Positions 15,010 to 23,205 of a stretch of 32,000 bases of DNA are shown in pieces. The notes below the pieces were generated by a model, which was given only the letters and a program-made list of their open reading frames with translations, searched no databases and was not told where the DNA came from. The DNA is from Aeropyrum pernix K1 (GTDB taxonomy: Archaea; Thermoproteota; Thermoprotei_A; Sulfolobales; Acidilobaceae). The stretch lies in contig NC_000854.2 in assembly GCF_000011125.1 (NCBI RefSeq), positions 1,290,001-1,322,000 of the forward strand. Direction: 5' to 3'. How positions within the stretch are numbered: position 1 is the first letter of the stretch; the number at the start of each line of letters is the position of its first letter. The translations under genes were made by a program, and so were the position numbers.

Positions 15010-15828
15010 TCATATATTGTAGCCCGAGGCCTTGAGCTCCTCCTCAACCTCCCTCCTCTCCCAAGGGAACACGATCCACTTATCCAGGCTCTTGGAATAG
15101 TAGTCCGGGACTAGGTTTGTCCAGGGCTTTATATATAGTGTTGCAGTCTTTACCTGAGCTGGTAGGTAGAGGTCCACAGCCTCTATGGCATGCTGCAAAG
15201 TCAGCCCTGAGTCGCTTACATCATCCACTACCAAGACATTCCTGTCTTTAACCTCTATCACTAGAGGCTGTCTCAGGAAGGGTCTCGGCTTCCTAACGCC
15301 GACGGAGGTGTAGAGTTTAATCTCCATCACTCCTATATTCTTGACGCCTAGGGCATCGGCTAGGAGTAGTGCGGGGACGATACCGCCCCTTAGTATACCC
15401 ACAATGACGTCCGGTTCAAAACCGCTCCCAACGATCTTGTCTGCAACATCTCTCACGGCATCCTCTATATCCCTCCAGCTGAGGTGGATAAGCTCGACCC
15501 TCCTACCGCTAACCTCCTTAGAGCCCCCGTGGGTAACAGGCAGCACAACAACCTCTTCCACAACCTCGTGATCCTCGGGCAGGAGGCGGTAGTCTACACC
15601 GTCGACGAAAACTAGATAGCCCGGCTTTGGGCTTCCGTCGTTCTCAATAGCCTCCTTAAGCGCTTCAACGTGTTCAACAGCTTTTTTCAACACCTCCTTC
15701 CAGCTAAGCTCCCTACCCTCAATCTCGATAGAGTCTCTCCCCGCCCTCTCTCTAAGACCTCCGAGCAGCCTGACCCTAACCTTCCTAGTAGAGCCTGAAC
15801 CCCCGTTAGTCGAATAGCTGCTTTTCAT
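15010..15828 (-). CDS. Fusion protein: N-terminal MoaD/ThiS-like beta-grasp domain ending in Gly-Gly + C-terminal purine (xanthine/guanine-type) phosphoribosyltransferase
   Basis: Residues about 16-102, KVRVRLLGGLRERAG...SWKEVL...GYLVFVDGVDYRLL..DHEV.EEVVVLPVTHGG, follow the MoaD pattern (…N… D..L.dGDeV.hhPPvsGG). Residues about 108-272 carry GILRGGIVPALLLAD and the PRPP loop VLVVDDVSDSGLTL of type I PRTases (Gpt-like). Confidence 0.7.
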   Translation of the reverse strand: MKSSYSTNGGSGSTRKVRVRLLGGLRERAGRDSIEIEGRELSWKEVLKKAVEHVEALKEAIENDGSPKPGYLVFVDGVDYRLLPEDHEVVEEVVVLPVTHGGSKEVSGRRVELIHLSWRDIEDAVRDVADKIVGSGFEPDVIVGILRGGIVPALLLADALGVKNIGVMEIKLYTSVGVRKPRPFLRQPLVIEVKDRNVLVVDDVSDSGLTLQHAIEAVDLYLPAQVKTATLYIKPWTNLVPDYYSKSLDKWIVFPWERREVEEELKASGYNI

Positions 15829-15985
15829 ATCCTTATCCCCGCTAAGCCCGACAACTAGGTCTTATTATTATCCTATGGTTATGCCAGGCTTAATCAAGGT
15901 TGAATCCGGAACCTGTGGATGTTTGGGGTGTGGAGTGGAGGAGCCCTGGGTACCAGGGTTGTTGAACTCTGGATATTTAGAATGA

Positions 15986-16210
15986 TTATATCCTAGCCGA
16001 CGCCTCCTCGGCCTTCTTCCTCTTAGAAGCCATGTTGACGAGGTGTGTTATATAGCCTGCTATTTGGTTTCTAAGCTTCTTACTTCTATACTCTATGAGC
16101 TGTGACACGACTCTTTTATTATGCTCAAAGTCGCCTGTGAACAAGTCTGGATATTTCTCGAGAAGCTTTCTCGCCGTTCTCTTAACGAGCCTTATCCTGA
16201 CTTTACCCAT
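15986..16210 (-). CDS. rps17e: 30S ribosomal protein S17e (eS17)
   Basis: [35 protein letters not shown] is the characteristic eS17 N-terminus. 74 aa. Confidence 0.9.
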   Translation of the reverse strand: MGKVRIRLVKRTARKLLEKYPDLFTGDFEHNKRVVSQLIEYRSKKLRNQIAGYITHLVNMASKRKKAEEASARI

Positions 16211-16352
16211 ACCGTGTTCCCCGGATCGTTTAGGGAGGGCTTTTGCAAGGCTTTATAGTGTTCGCTCTGCTACTATTTTTAAGGTTTTCTGTGTTTTGAA
16301 TTGGAGGAAAAACTTATATAGAAGCGTAGTAACTTAGACTTTACCGGAACTT

Positions 16353-18020
16353 ATGGTTGACCGGGTGATAGAGATGGCGATCCAGCAGCAACCTATGACG
16401 GAGCCTGTAGGAATCCCAGTTATTATACTTAAGGAGGGCACCCAGAGGTCTTACGGCCGCGAGGCTCTGAGAGCAAACATAATGGCCGTCAGGGCTATAG
16501 CTCAGATCCTGAAAACAACCTATGGTCCAAAAGGCATGGATAAAATGCTGGTTGACAGTCTAGGAGACATTACCATAACCAACAACGGTGCCACCATACT
16601 GGACAAGATGGACGTGGCGCATCCCGCCGCAAAAATGCTGGTCCAGATAAGCAAGGGCCAGGAGGATGAGGCTGGCGACGGTACCAAGACGACTGTCATA
16701 TTCGCGGGCGAGCTCCTGAAAGAGGCTGAGAAGCTTCTTGACATAAACATCCACCCCACGATAATTGTTGAGGGCTACAAGGAGGCCCTCAGGAAGGCGA
16801 GCGAGGTTATAGAGTCCATAGCGGAGCCGGTCTCCTATGACGATGTAGAGAAGCTAAAGCTAATAGCCAAGACGAGCCTCAACAGCAAGGCTGTAGCCGA
16901 GGCTAGGGACTACTTCGCCGAGCTAGCTGTCGAGGCTGTAAGGACTGTTGCGGAGAGGAGAGGTGACAGGTGGTACGTTGACCTGAACAATATTCAGATA
17001 GTGAAGAAGCATGGCGGCAGCCTGAGGGACACCAGGCTGGTCAGGGGTATAGTTCTCGACAAGGAGGTAGTCCACCCCGACATGCCTAGAAGGGTTGAGA
17101 ACGCCAGGATAGCGCTGCTAGACACTCCGCTGGAGATAGAGAAGCCTGAGATAGACCTGGAGATAAGCATAACCAGCCCTGAGCAGATAAAGGCCCTCTA
17201 CGAGAAGCAGGAGAGGATACTCCAGGAGAAGATCGAGAAGATTGCAGCCACTGGCGCTAACGTGGTGATAACCCAGAAGGGTATCGACGATGTGGCACAG
17301 CACTTCCTGGCGAAGAAGGGTATACTGGCGGTGAGGAGGGTCAAGAGGAGCGACATAGAGAAGATAGCTAGGGCGACGGGCGCCAGGATAGTGACTGACA
17401 TAGAAGATCTCAGGCCCGAGGACCTAGGCTATGCTGAGCTGGTTGAGGAGAGGAAGGTTGGAGAGGATAAGATGGTGTTCATAGAGGGCGCCAAGAACCC
17501 GAAGAGCGTGACCATACTGCTCAGGGGCGGCTTCGAGAGGCTTGTTGACGAGGCCGAGAGATCCCTCCACGACGCGCTCAGCGTGGTGGCCGACGCCATA
17601 ATGGACGGCAAGATAGTCGCTGGCGGCGGCGCTGTCGAGGCCGAGGTTGCTAAGGTGCTATACGAGTACGCATCCAAGCTGCCAGGCAAGACCCAGCTAG
17701 CCGTAGAGGCGTTTGCTAGGGCTGTAGAGGCTCTCCCGCAGGCCCTCGCCCACAACGCTGGCCACGACCCGATAGAGGTCCTAGTAAAGCTGAGGAGCGC
17801 CCATGAGAAGCCTGAGAACAAGTGGTACGGAGTCGATCTGGACACTGGTGAGATAGTGGACATGTGGAGCAGGGGAGTCCTAGAGCCTATGAGGGTTAAG
17901 CTCAACGCGCTGAAGGCCGCCACAGAGGTTGCCTCCCTGATACTGAGGATCGACGACGTCATAGCTGCTAGGAAGGAGGAAGAGGAGAAGGAGGAGAAGA
18001 GGGGCGGAGAGGAGGAGTAA
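16353..18020 (+). CDS. ths: Thermosome subunit (group II chaperonin)
   Basis: TTYGPKGMDKML, ITNDG-like ITNNGATIL, GDGTKTTV, VAGGGAVE, and a C-terminal EEEEKEEKRGGEEE tail. ATG 16374 (MAIQQQ...) is an alternative start to ATG 16353. TATA-like CTTATATAG lies near 16313. Confidence 0.95.
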   Translation: MVDRVIEMAIQQQPMTEPVGIPVIILKEGTQRSYGREALRANIMAVRAIAQILKTTYGPKGMDKMLVDSLGDITITNNGATILDKMDVAHPAAKMLVQISKGQEDEAGDGTKTTVIFAGELLKEAEKLLDINIHPTIIVEGYKEALRKASEVIESIAEPVSYDDVEKLKLIAKTSLNSKAVAEARDYFAELAVEAVRTVAERRGDRWYVDLNNIQIVKKHGGSLRDTRLVRGIVLDKEVVHPDMPRRVENARIALLDTPLEIEKPEIDLEISITSPEQIKALYEKQERILQEKIEKIAATGANVVITQKGIDDVAQHFLAKKGILAVRRVKRSDIEKIARATGARIVTDIEDLRPEDLGYAELVEERKVGEDKMVFIEGAKNPKSVTILLRGGFERLVDEAERSLHDALSVVADAIMDGKIVAGGGAVEAEVAKVLYEYASKLPGKTQLAVEAFARAVEALPQALAHNAGHDPIEVLVKLRSAHEKPENKWYGVDLDTGEIVDMWSRGVLEPMRVKLNALKAATEVASLILRIDDVIAARKEEEEKEEKRGGEEE

Positions 18021-18021
18021 A

Positions 18022-18044
18022 CCGTTAAACATTAACGGGTTTTT
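18022..18044 (+). terminator. Hairpin + T-run downstream of the thermosome gene
   Basis: CCGTTAA-aca-TTAACGG (7-bp stem), followed by gTTTTT. It starts 1 nt after the TAA stop. Confidence 0.4.
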
Positions 18045-18204
18045 AAACTATTAAGTACCTTTTCTACTTCTCCCTTCCCCTTAAACACATCCTTCCACCA
18101 CCCCCCATTATAGCAAGTCTCCTGCTTCCTCTCAACTCTCCTTATAACCGTGTCTAAGTCTAAATTAAATCCGAGTTTGGGAGTGTCCAGAGGAGGCAGG
18201 AGAG

Positions 18205-19299
18205 GTGGTCCGCGTGGATGTTGAGGAGAGGTTTAACAGAATTGCACGGAATACCGTGGAGATCGTCACCGAAGAGGAGTTGAAGGGGCTGTTGGCATCA
18301 GGAGCCAGGATTAAGGGCTACATAGGCTATGAGCCGAGCGGTGTCGCCCACATAGGCTGGCTTGTCTGGATGTACAAGGTTAAAGATCTTGTCGAGGCTG
18401 GCGTGGACTTCTCGGTTCTCGAGGCGACTTGGCACGCGTATATCAACGATAAGCTCGGGGGCGACATGGATCTCATTAGAGCTGCGGCAAGGATTGTTAG
18501 GAGGGTTATGGAGGCTGCTGGGGTTCCCGTTGAGAGGGTTAGATTCGTGGATGCTGAGGAGCTTGCCAGTGATAAGGATTACTGGGGTCTCGTCATAAGA
18601 GTTGCGAAGAGGGCTAGTCTGGCCAGGGTTAGGAGGGCTCTGACTATAATGGGTAGGAGGGCTGAGGAGGCCGAGGTTGATGCTTCGAAGCTCATCTACC
18701 CTCTCATGCAGGTTTCAGACATTTTCTACATGGACCTCGACATAGCCCTAGGGGGTATGGACCAGAGGAAGGCTCACATGCTTGCCAGGGATGTTGCCGA
18801 GAAGCTTGGCAGGAAGAAGCCTGTTGCGATACACACCCCAATAATCTCGAGCCTTCAGGGGCCGGGGAGGATGGAGGCCTCCCAGGGGGAGATAGACGAC
18901 GTGCTGGCTGAGGTCAAGATGAGCAAGTCTAAGCCGGAGACGGCTGTGTTCGTTGTTGACAGCGACGACGACATAAGGAGGAAGATAAGGAAGGCTTACT
19001 GCCCTGCAAAGCAGGTTCAGGGGAACCCGGTGCTCGAGATAGCGAGATATATACTATTTGCTAGGGACGGCTTCACCCTACGAGTCGACAGGCCAGCCAA
19101 GTATGGAGGGCCAGTGGAGTATACGAGCTATGAGGAGCTCGAGAGGGACTACACTGATGGCAGGCTGCACCCCCTAGACCTCAAGAACGCTGTGGCCGAA
19201 AGCCTGATTGAAGTAGTGAGGCCTATTAGAGGGGCGGTTCTCGGCGACCCCGCAATGAAGAGGGCGCTTGAAGCGATAGAAGGTAAGGTTACGAGATAG
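18205..19299 (+). CDS. tyrS: Tyrosyl-tRNA synthetase (archaeal type)
   Basis: Class I motifs: GYEPSGVAHIGW (HIGH-like) and KMSKSKP. YPLMQVSDI is the tyrosine-recognition block. 364 aa. GTG start. Confidence 0.9.
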   Translation: MVRVDVEERFNRIARNTVEIVTEEELKGLLASGARIKGYIGYEPSGVAHIGWLVWMYKVKDLVEAGVDFSVLEATWHAYINDKLGGDMDLIRAAARIVRRVMEAAGVPVERVRFVDAEELASDKDYWGLVIRVAKRASLARVRRALTIMGRRAEEAEVDASKLIYPLMQVSDIFYMDLDIALGGMDQRKAHMLARDVAEKLGRKKPVAIHTPIISSLQGPGRMEASQGEIDDVLAEVKMSKSKPETAVFVVDSDDDIRRKIRKAYCPAKQVQGNPVLEIARYILFARDGFTLRVDRPAKYGGPVEYTSYEELERDYTDGRLHPLDLKNAVAESLIEVVRPIRGAVLGDPAMKRALEAIEGKVTR

Positions 19300-19320
19300 C
19301 CCTGGAGGAGCCAGCCCTCT

Positions 19321-20715
19321 TTACACCCCGCATATGCAGGCCCCTAGGTCGCCTCCAAAACCCTTCTTCTTCAACTCAAGGAACTTCTCCACAAGCTCCC
19401 TATGCCCGGGCCTCTCCCTGAGTATCCTCTCTATTATACCGCCCCTCTTCATAACCTCTATCTCCCAGCTTCGAAGCGCAAAGCATAGGTAGCATCCTAT
19501 CCTGTAGAACCCTGCCTCGTAGAGCGGGTTCAGGGGTATGCCCTTCGATAGTATGTAGAGCTGTACATGGCCGCCGCTCCACAGCTTAAGGGGCGACACA
19601 ACAGGATATCCTAGCTTCTCATCGTATCTGAGGGGCGGTCTTTTGCCCCTTTTCTCAGACTCTCCATCCCTGTCTCCAGTCACTACTACGGTTTTGCCTC
19701 GGGAGACTGTTCGGAAGGCTTGCCGGAGGGCCTCCAGCTTCCTCCCGGTGCACCACCTGTACTCGGGGTCCGGCATGGGCATGCCCTCTATTAGCAGCCC
19801 CTCGTCGACGTCGGCCCTCGCATAAACTAGATCGACGCCTAGGGTGGAAGCCACCTTCTCAACATACTCGGCGTTCTCTATAAAGTCTATCCCGGTGTCG
19901 ACGTAGACTGCCTTGACAGCGTCCCTGCCGAAAGCCTCGACCGCCAGGAGAAGGGCTGCCGTAGAGTCTTTGCCGCCGCTCCACGGTACAATCACGGTGT
20001 CCACATCCTCACCCACCATCCTCAGGACCTCAGCGGAATGCTGCTCCAATACCCTCAGAATACTCCTGTTAGCCTCTACTAGGCTTTCTACATCGACGCG
20101 GACAGGCTTAACACGTCTGTAGAGCCTGCCCTGGGGGAGCGGCTTAGAATTGTCTATCACTAGCTCGCCCAGGGGCCTCGGCCCGCTGTACACCAGGTGC
20201 TTTCCACCATACATTTTGAACAGCAGCGCGGCGCCTCCTATACTCCTCTGCATGAACAAGCCTAGAACCTTAGAGCCCCTCCCGTAGACGAAGAAGCTGT
20301 CGCCCTGAGGGCTGTAGGGAAGATCCTCTACTTCAACGCTGCCAGGCCGGCGAGAGAGTATGAAGGTGGAGCCGCTCCAGTGCGTCCTAAGCCTGATCCT
20401 GGCTCTGGCGCTGTTGAGGGCTGAGTATATAGCTTCTACCCTAACGTTCCTAACCCTCGACCCCTTAACCACCGCTACCTCGGAGAAGGGGGGGAGCGCG
20501 TCTTGTAAACCCCCCATACTATTGGGGTCGAGGTCCTCCCTGCCCAGGAGGAATACAGTGAACGGCCTGGCCTCCCTCAGTATAGCCTCCTCTAGGGCAC
20601 CGCCCCTGGGGCCGCCGAGGCTCTCGACCTCTATACCCCATCCTCCCATGAACTTCTCGACGGCAGCCTTGGCAGCCTTAGCGTCCTTCCTACTCCTCGC
20701 CACTACCCTTAGCAT
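19321..20715 (-). CDS. PAPS-reductase-family PP-loop protein with an unknown ~230-aa N-terminal domain
   Basis: The C-terminal half has the PP-loop VPWSGGKDST, TGDRDGESEKR, SPLKLWSGGHV..YI, NPLYEAGFYRIGCYLCF. This is the CysH/DndC-like fold. The N-terminal half has no motif I recognise. An alternative start is Met23 (20649). Confidence 0.75.
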   Translation of the reverse strand: MLRVVARSRKDAKAAKAAVEKFMGGWGIEVESLGGPRGGALEEAILREARPFTVFLLGREDLDPNSMGGLQDALPPFSEVAVVKGSRVRNVRVEAIYSALNSARARIRLRTHWSGSTFILSRRPGSVEVEDLPYSPQGDSFFVYGRGSKVLGLFMQRSIGGAALLFKMYGGKHLVYSGPRPLGELVIDNSKPLPQGRLYRRVKPVRVDVESLVEANRSILRVLEQHSAEVLRMVGEDVDTVIVPWSGGKDSTAALLLAVEAFGRDAVKAVYVDTGIDFIENAEYVEKVASTLGVDLVYARADVDEGLLIEGMPMPDPEYRWCTGRKLEALRQAFRTVSRGKTVVVTGDRDGESEKRGKRPPLRYDEKLGYPVVSPLKLWSGGHVQLYILSKGIPLNPLYEAGFYRIGCYLCFALRSWEIEVMKRGGIIERILRERPGHRELVEKFLELKKKGFGGDLGACICGV

Positions 20716-20932
20716 GGAATTTCAGCCACCCGTAGATTAGTATTGACCCCGTGCTGATAAAAAGGGCCCCTACAATTATGGAGACTGCTATAAGAGTGTA
20801 CCTAACTATCGCTAGGAACTTTTCTACATTGGAGTCGAGTATTAGGTAGGGGTACGCAACCCCCAGGACTATGCCGACCGCGATAAATACAACCCCAGTT
20901 ACCAGGGGCCGGCTGCTCCCACCGCTCCTCAA
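20690..20932 (-). CDS. Small membrane protein (80 aa, two predicted TM helices)
   Basis: Two hydrophobic stretches (VTGVVFIAVGIVLGVAYPYLIL and LIAVSIIVGALFISTGSILIYGWL). It overlaps both flanking same-strand genes (4 nt upstream, 26 nt downstream). Confidence 0.45.
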   Translation of the reverse strand: MRSGGSSRPLVTGVVFIAVGIVLGVAYPYLILDSNVEKFLAIVRYTLIAVSIIVGALFISTGSILIYGWLKFHAKGSGEE

Positions 20933-21114
20933 GGCTTCAACACCCTATCAGCCTTTACCCTGTGAAACATGTCTCTAGCCTTATCCAGGGCCTCCTCCTC
21001 GGTGGAGGCGGCTACGTTGAACACTATACCACTCCCTTTCTCCCTAACCCTAAACCTCCTCTCCCCGAACAACACGTAAGACTCCAGGACCTCGAACTCC
21101 GGCAACTCCGGCAC
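20929..21114 (-). CDS. Hypothetical small protein (61 aa)
   Basis: ATG start with protein-like composition. There is a 4-nt overlap with the next gene. TATA-like CTATATAA (21146-21153) lies about 35 nt upstream on the minus strand. Confidence 0.4.
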   Translation of the reverse strand: MPELPEFEVLESYVLFGERRFRVREKGSGIVFNVAASTEEEALDKARDMFHRVKADRVLKP

Positions 21115-21161
21115 CTCACACCGGCTCCAGGCGGGCTCCCGAGGCCTATATAATCTTTGGG

Positions 21162-21890
21162 GTGATGGTTAATAATTTACCAGTGGAGACTGCTGTCGCA
21201 ACAGCCATACCACTAGCCCGGGGGTGCTTGGGCCTGGGCAGGACTTTGAAGAGGATACTCTGGCTTGACGGTAGGCCTTCAGCATTTAGGGTTGTTAAGC
21301 AGCATAGGGAGCTGCTAGCCCGCCAGGGCGTTGAGATAGAGGTTCCGAAGGGCGGGCCCCACCCGTCCTGGGCTGGTTGTGAGGTTGCCGTTCTACCGCC
21401 TCCGGATAGCCCTGAGAGGTCTTGGGCCGAGGGTTTTGTAGCCCCCCTGCGCTGCAGGCGGCTGGTCTCCAGCAAGGACCCCCTCAGGGCTCTCTACACC
21501 GCCCTTGCCTACCCGAGCCCCGGGTTCCTTCATGTCACTGTGGGTATAGATCCTGGTAGGATGTGTACGGCTGTTGCCCTTGCCGACGGCTTGGTGCTTT
21601 GGGAGTGGAAGGGGGGCTGTGGGGAGCTGGGCCCTGCTGTGAGGGGTGTTCTCTCCAGGATACCCCATGAGGGTAGTGCTGTATACCTGGGCTCGGGCCC
21701 AAGCTTCGAGGAGGCTGAGGAAAGCCTGGCGGCGGCTGGCCTCGGCTATAGTATAGTGGAGGAGTGGGGCTCCACGAGGTCGCCTTACGAGCCCCCTGGA
21801 GGCTTGTCCGGGCTCTTCTCTGATAAGGATATACTCGCTTCAATCACAATAGCTTACAGAGGTTTATCGAGATGGAGGATGCGAGTCTAA
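21162..21890 (+). CDS. Hypothetical protein with C-terminal RNase H-like/ASKHA-type fold motif (VGIDPG...)
   Basis: HVTVGIDPGRMCTAVALADGLVLWEW resembles the first strand and catalytic Asp of RuvC/YqgF-type nucleases, and also of actin-fold ATPases. The N-terminal ~115 aa are unassigned. The start is uncertain: GTG 21183 fits the TATA at 21146-21153 better. The 3' end overlaps the UbiD-family gene by 19 nt. Confidence 0.4.
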   Translation: MMVNNLPVETAVATAIPLARGCLGLGRTLKRILWLDGRPSAFRVVKQHRELLARQGVEIEVPKGGPHPSWAGCEVAVLPPPDSPERSWAEGFVAPLRCRRLVSSKDPLRALYTALAYPSPGFLHVTVGIDPGRMCTAVALADGLVLWEWKGGCGELGPAVRGVLSRIPHEGSAVYLGSGPSFEEAEESLAAAGLGYSIVEEWGSTRSPYEPPGGLSGLFSDKDILASITIAYRGLSRWRMRV

Positions 21891-23185
21891 AGAGCTTCCT
21901 AGAGAAGGTTGGGTACAGGGTTGTGGATAGAACGCTCTCGAGGGAATACGAGGTAGCTAGGCTGATAGCCGAGACCCAGGGGTGCGGTCCGCCCCTTCTG
22001 GCCAGGATTGAGGGTGTCAGACAGCCTGTCGCCGTTAACGTGGTGGACACCCGCGAAAAGCTCTACAAAGCCCTAGGTGTCACCGGGGATTCTGAGGCTT
22101 ACGCCAAGATAGTAGACTCGACGATGAGGCCCGGGAGGCTGGAGTACGTGGATAAGCCGCCCTTGGATGAGATGCCTGAGGGTTTCGAGGGACTTCCCGC
22201 GGCGAGGTTCTACGAGGGAGAGGCGGGCCTCTACCTCTCTTCAGGGATCGTCATCGCCTGCTATGAGGGGGTGTGTAACGCCAGCATACACAGGCTCCTT
22301 ATACTCGGCAGGGAGAGGGCAGCAATACGTATAGTCCCCCGCCACCTGTGGCACCTCTACAGGAAGGCTAGGGAGAGGGGCGAGGACCTCCCCGCCACTG
22401 TCGTAGTAGGCCTACACCCCGCCGTGCTGCTAGCCGCCGCTACTAGCCCGCCCCTGGGGGTCTTCGAGCTAGGCCTGGCGGCTGGCATGCTGGGGGGCTC
22501 CATGAAGGTCTATAGGAGCCCGGTCCACGGCAACCCCGTCCCCCTGGGTGCAGCTATGGTTGCCGATGTATGGATAACGGGAGAGCAGGTGGAGGAGGGG
22601 CCCTACGTTGACGCTCTACTCACCTACGACAGGGTTAGGAGGCAGCCTGTAGTCAGGCTCGAGGCAGCCTACATCAAGGAGGGTGAGTACACCCACACTA
22701 TAATGGGGGGGAGCCTGGAGCACGTTAATCTAATGGGCTTCCCTAGGGAGGCCAGCATATGGGAGGCTGTGAGGAGGGCTCTACCGAGAGTCAGAGCCGT
22801 CAGGCTGACGCCCGCCAGCGGTGGATGGCTGCACGCTGTGATAGCTGTAGAGAAGCAGCACGAGGGCGACGGGAAGACGGCTATAATGGCCGCGTTTGCC
22901 GCCCACCCTAGCCTCAAGCACGTGGTTGTTGTCGACAGTGACGTCGATGTTGATGACCCCATGCAGGTCGAGTGGGCCATAGCAACCCGCTTCCAGGCCG
23001 ACAAGGACCTAGTTATAATACCGAGGGCAAGAGGTTCGACCCTCGACCCGAGCGCTGCAGACGGCCTGACAGCTAAGATGGGTTTAGACGCTACTAAGCC
23101 CCTTGACGCGGGCATGGGGTACGAGAGGGGCAGGATACCGGGGTTTAAATGGGGCTCCAGGAGGTGCCACCAGCCGGGAGACTAA
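21872..23185 (+). CDS. UbiD-family (prFMN-dependent) decarboxylase; candidate trans-anhydromevalonate-5-phosphate decarboxylase
   Basis: UbiD blocks: NASIHRL, IRIVPRH, VVVGLHP, EEGPY..., and the C-terminal HVVVVDSDVDVDDPMQVEWAIATRFQADKDL...STLDPSA. 437 aa. Confidence 0.85.
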   Translation: MEDASLKSFLEKVGYRVVDRTLSREYEVARLIAETQGCGPPLLARIEGVRQPVAVNVVDTREKLYKALGVTGDSEAYAKIVDSTMRPGRLEYVDKPPLDEMPEGFEGLPAARFYEGEAGLYLSSGIVIACYEGVCNASIHRLLILGRERAAIRIVPRHLWHLYRKARERGEDLPATVVVGLHPAVLLAAATSPPLGVFELGLAAGMLGGSMKVYRSPVHGNPVPLGAAMVADVWITGEQVEEGPYVDALLTYDRVRRQPVVRLEAAYIKEGEYTHTIMGGSLEHVNLMGFPREASIWEAVRRALPRVRAVRLTPASGGWLHAVIAVEKQHEGDGKTAIMAAFAAHPSLKHVVVVDSDVDVDDPMQVEWAIATRFQADKDLVIIPRARGSTLDPSAADGLTAKMGLDATKPLDAGMGYERGRIPGFKWGSRRCHQPGD

Positions 23186-23205
23186 GACCCTGGAGGGGCT
23201 TTGGG

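Noticed and set aside
17429-17962. Long antisense ORFs inside well-supported genes. Examples: 177 aa antisense to the thermosome, 197 aa at 23981-24574 antisense to the aminopeptidase, 172 aa at 26080-26598 antisense to aIF5A, 148 aa at 22669-23115 antisense to UbiD
   Set aside because: These are typical stop-poor shadow frames of high-GC DNA. Their composition is Ser/Pro/Arg/Ala-rich and low-complexity, and the opposite strand carries unambiguous conserved proteins.
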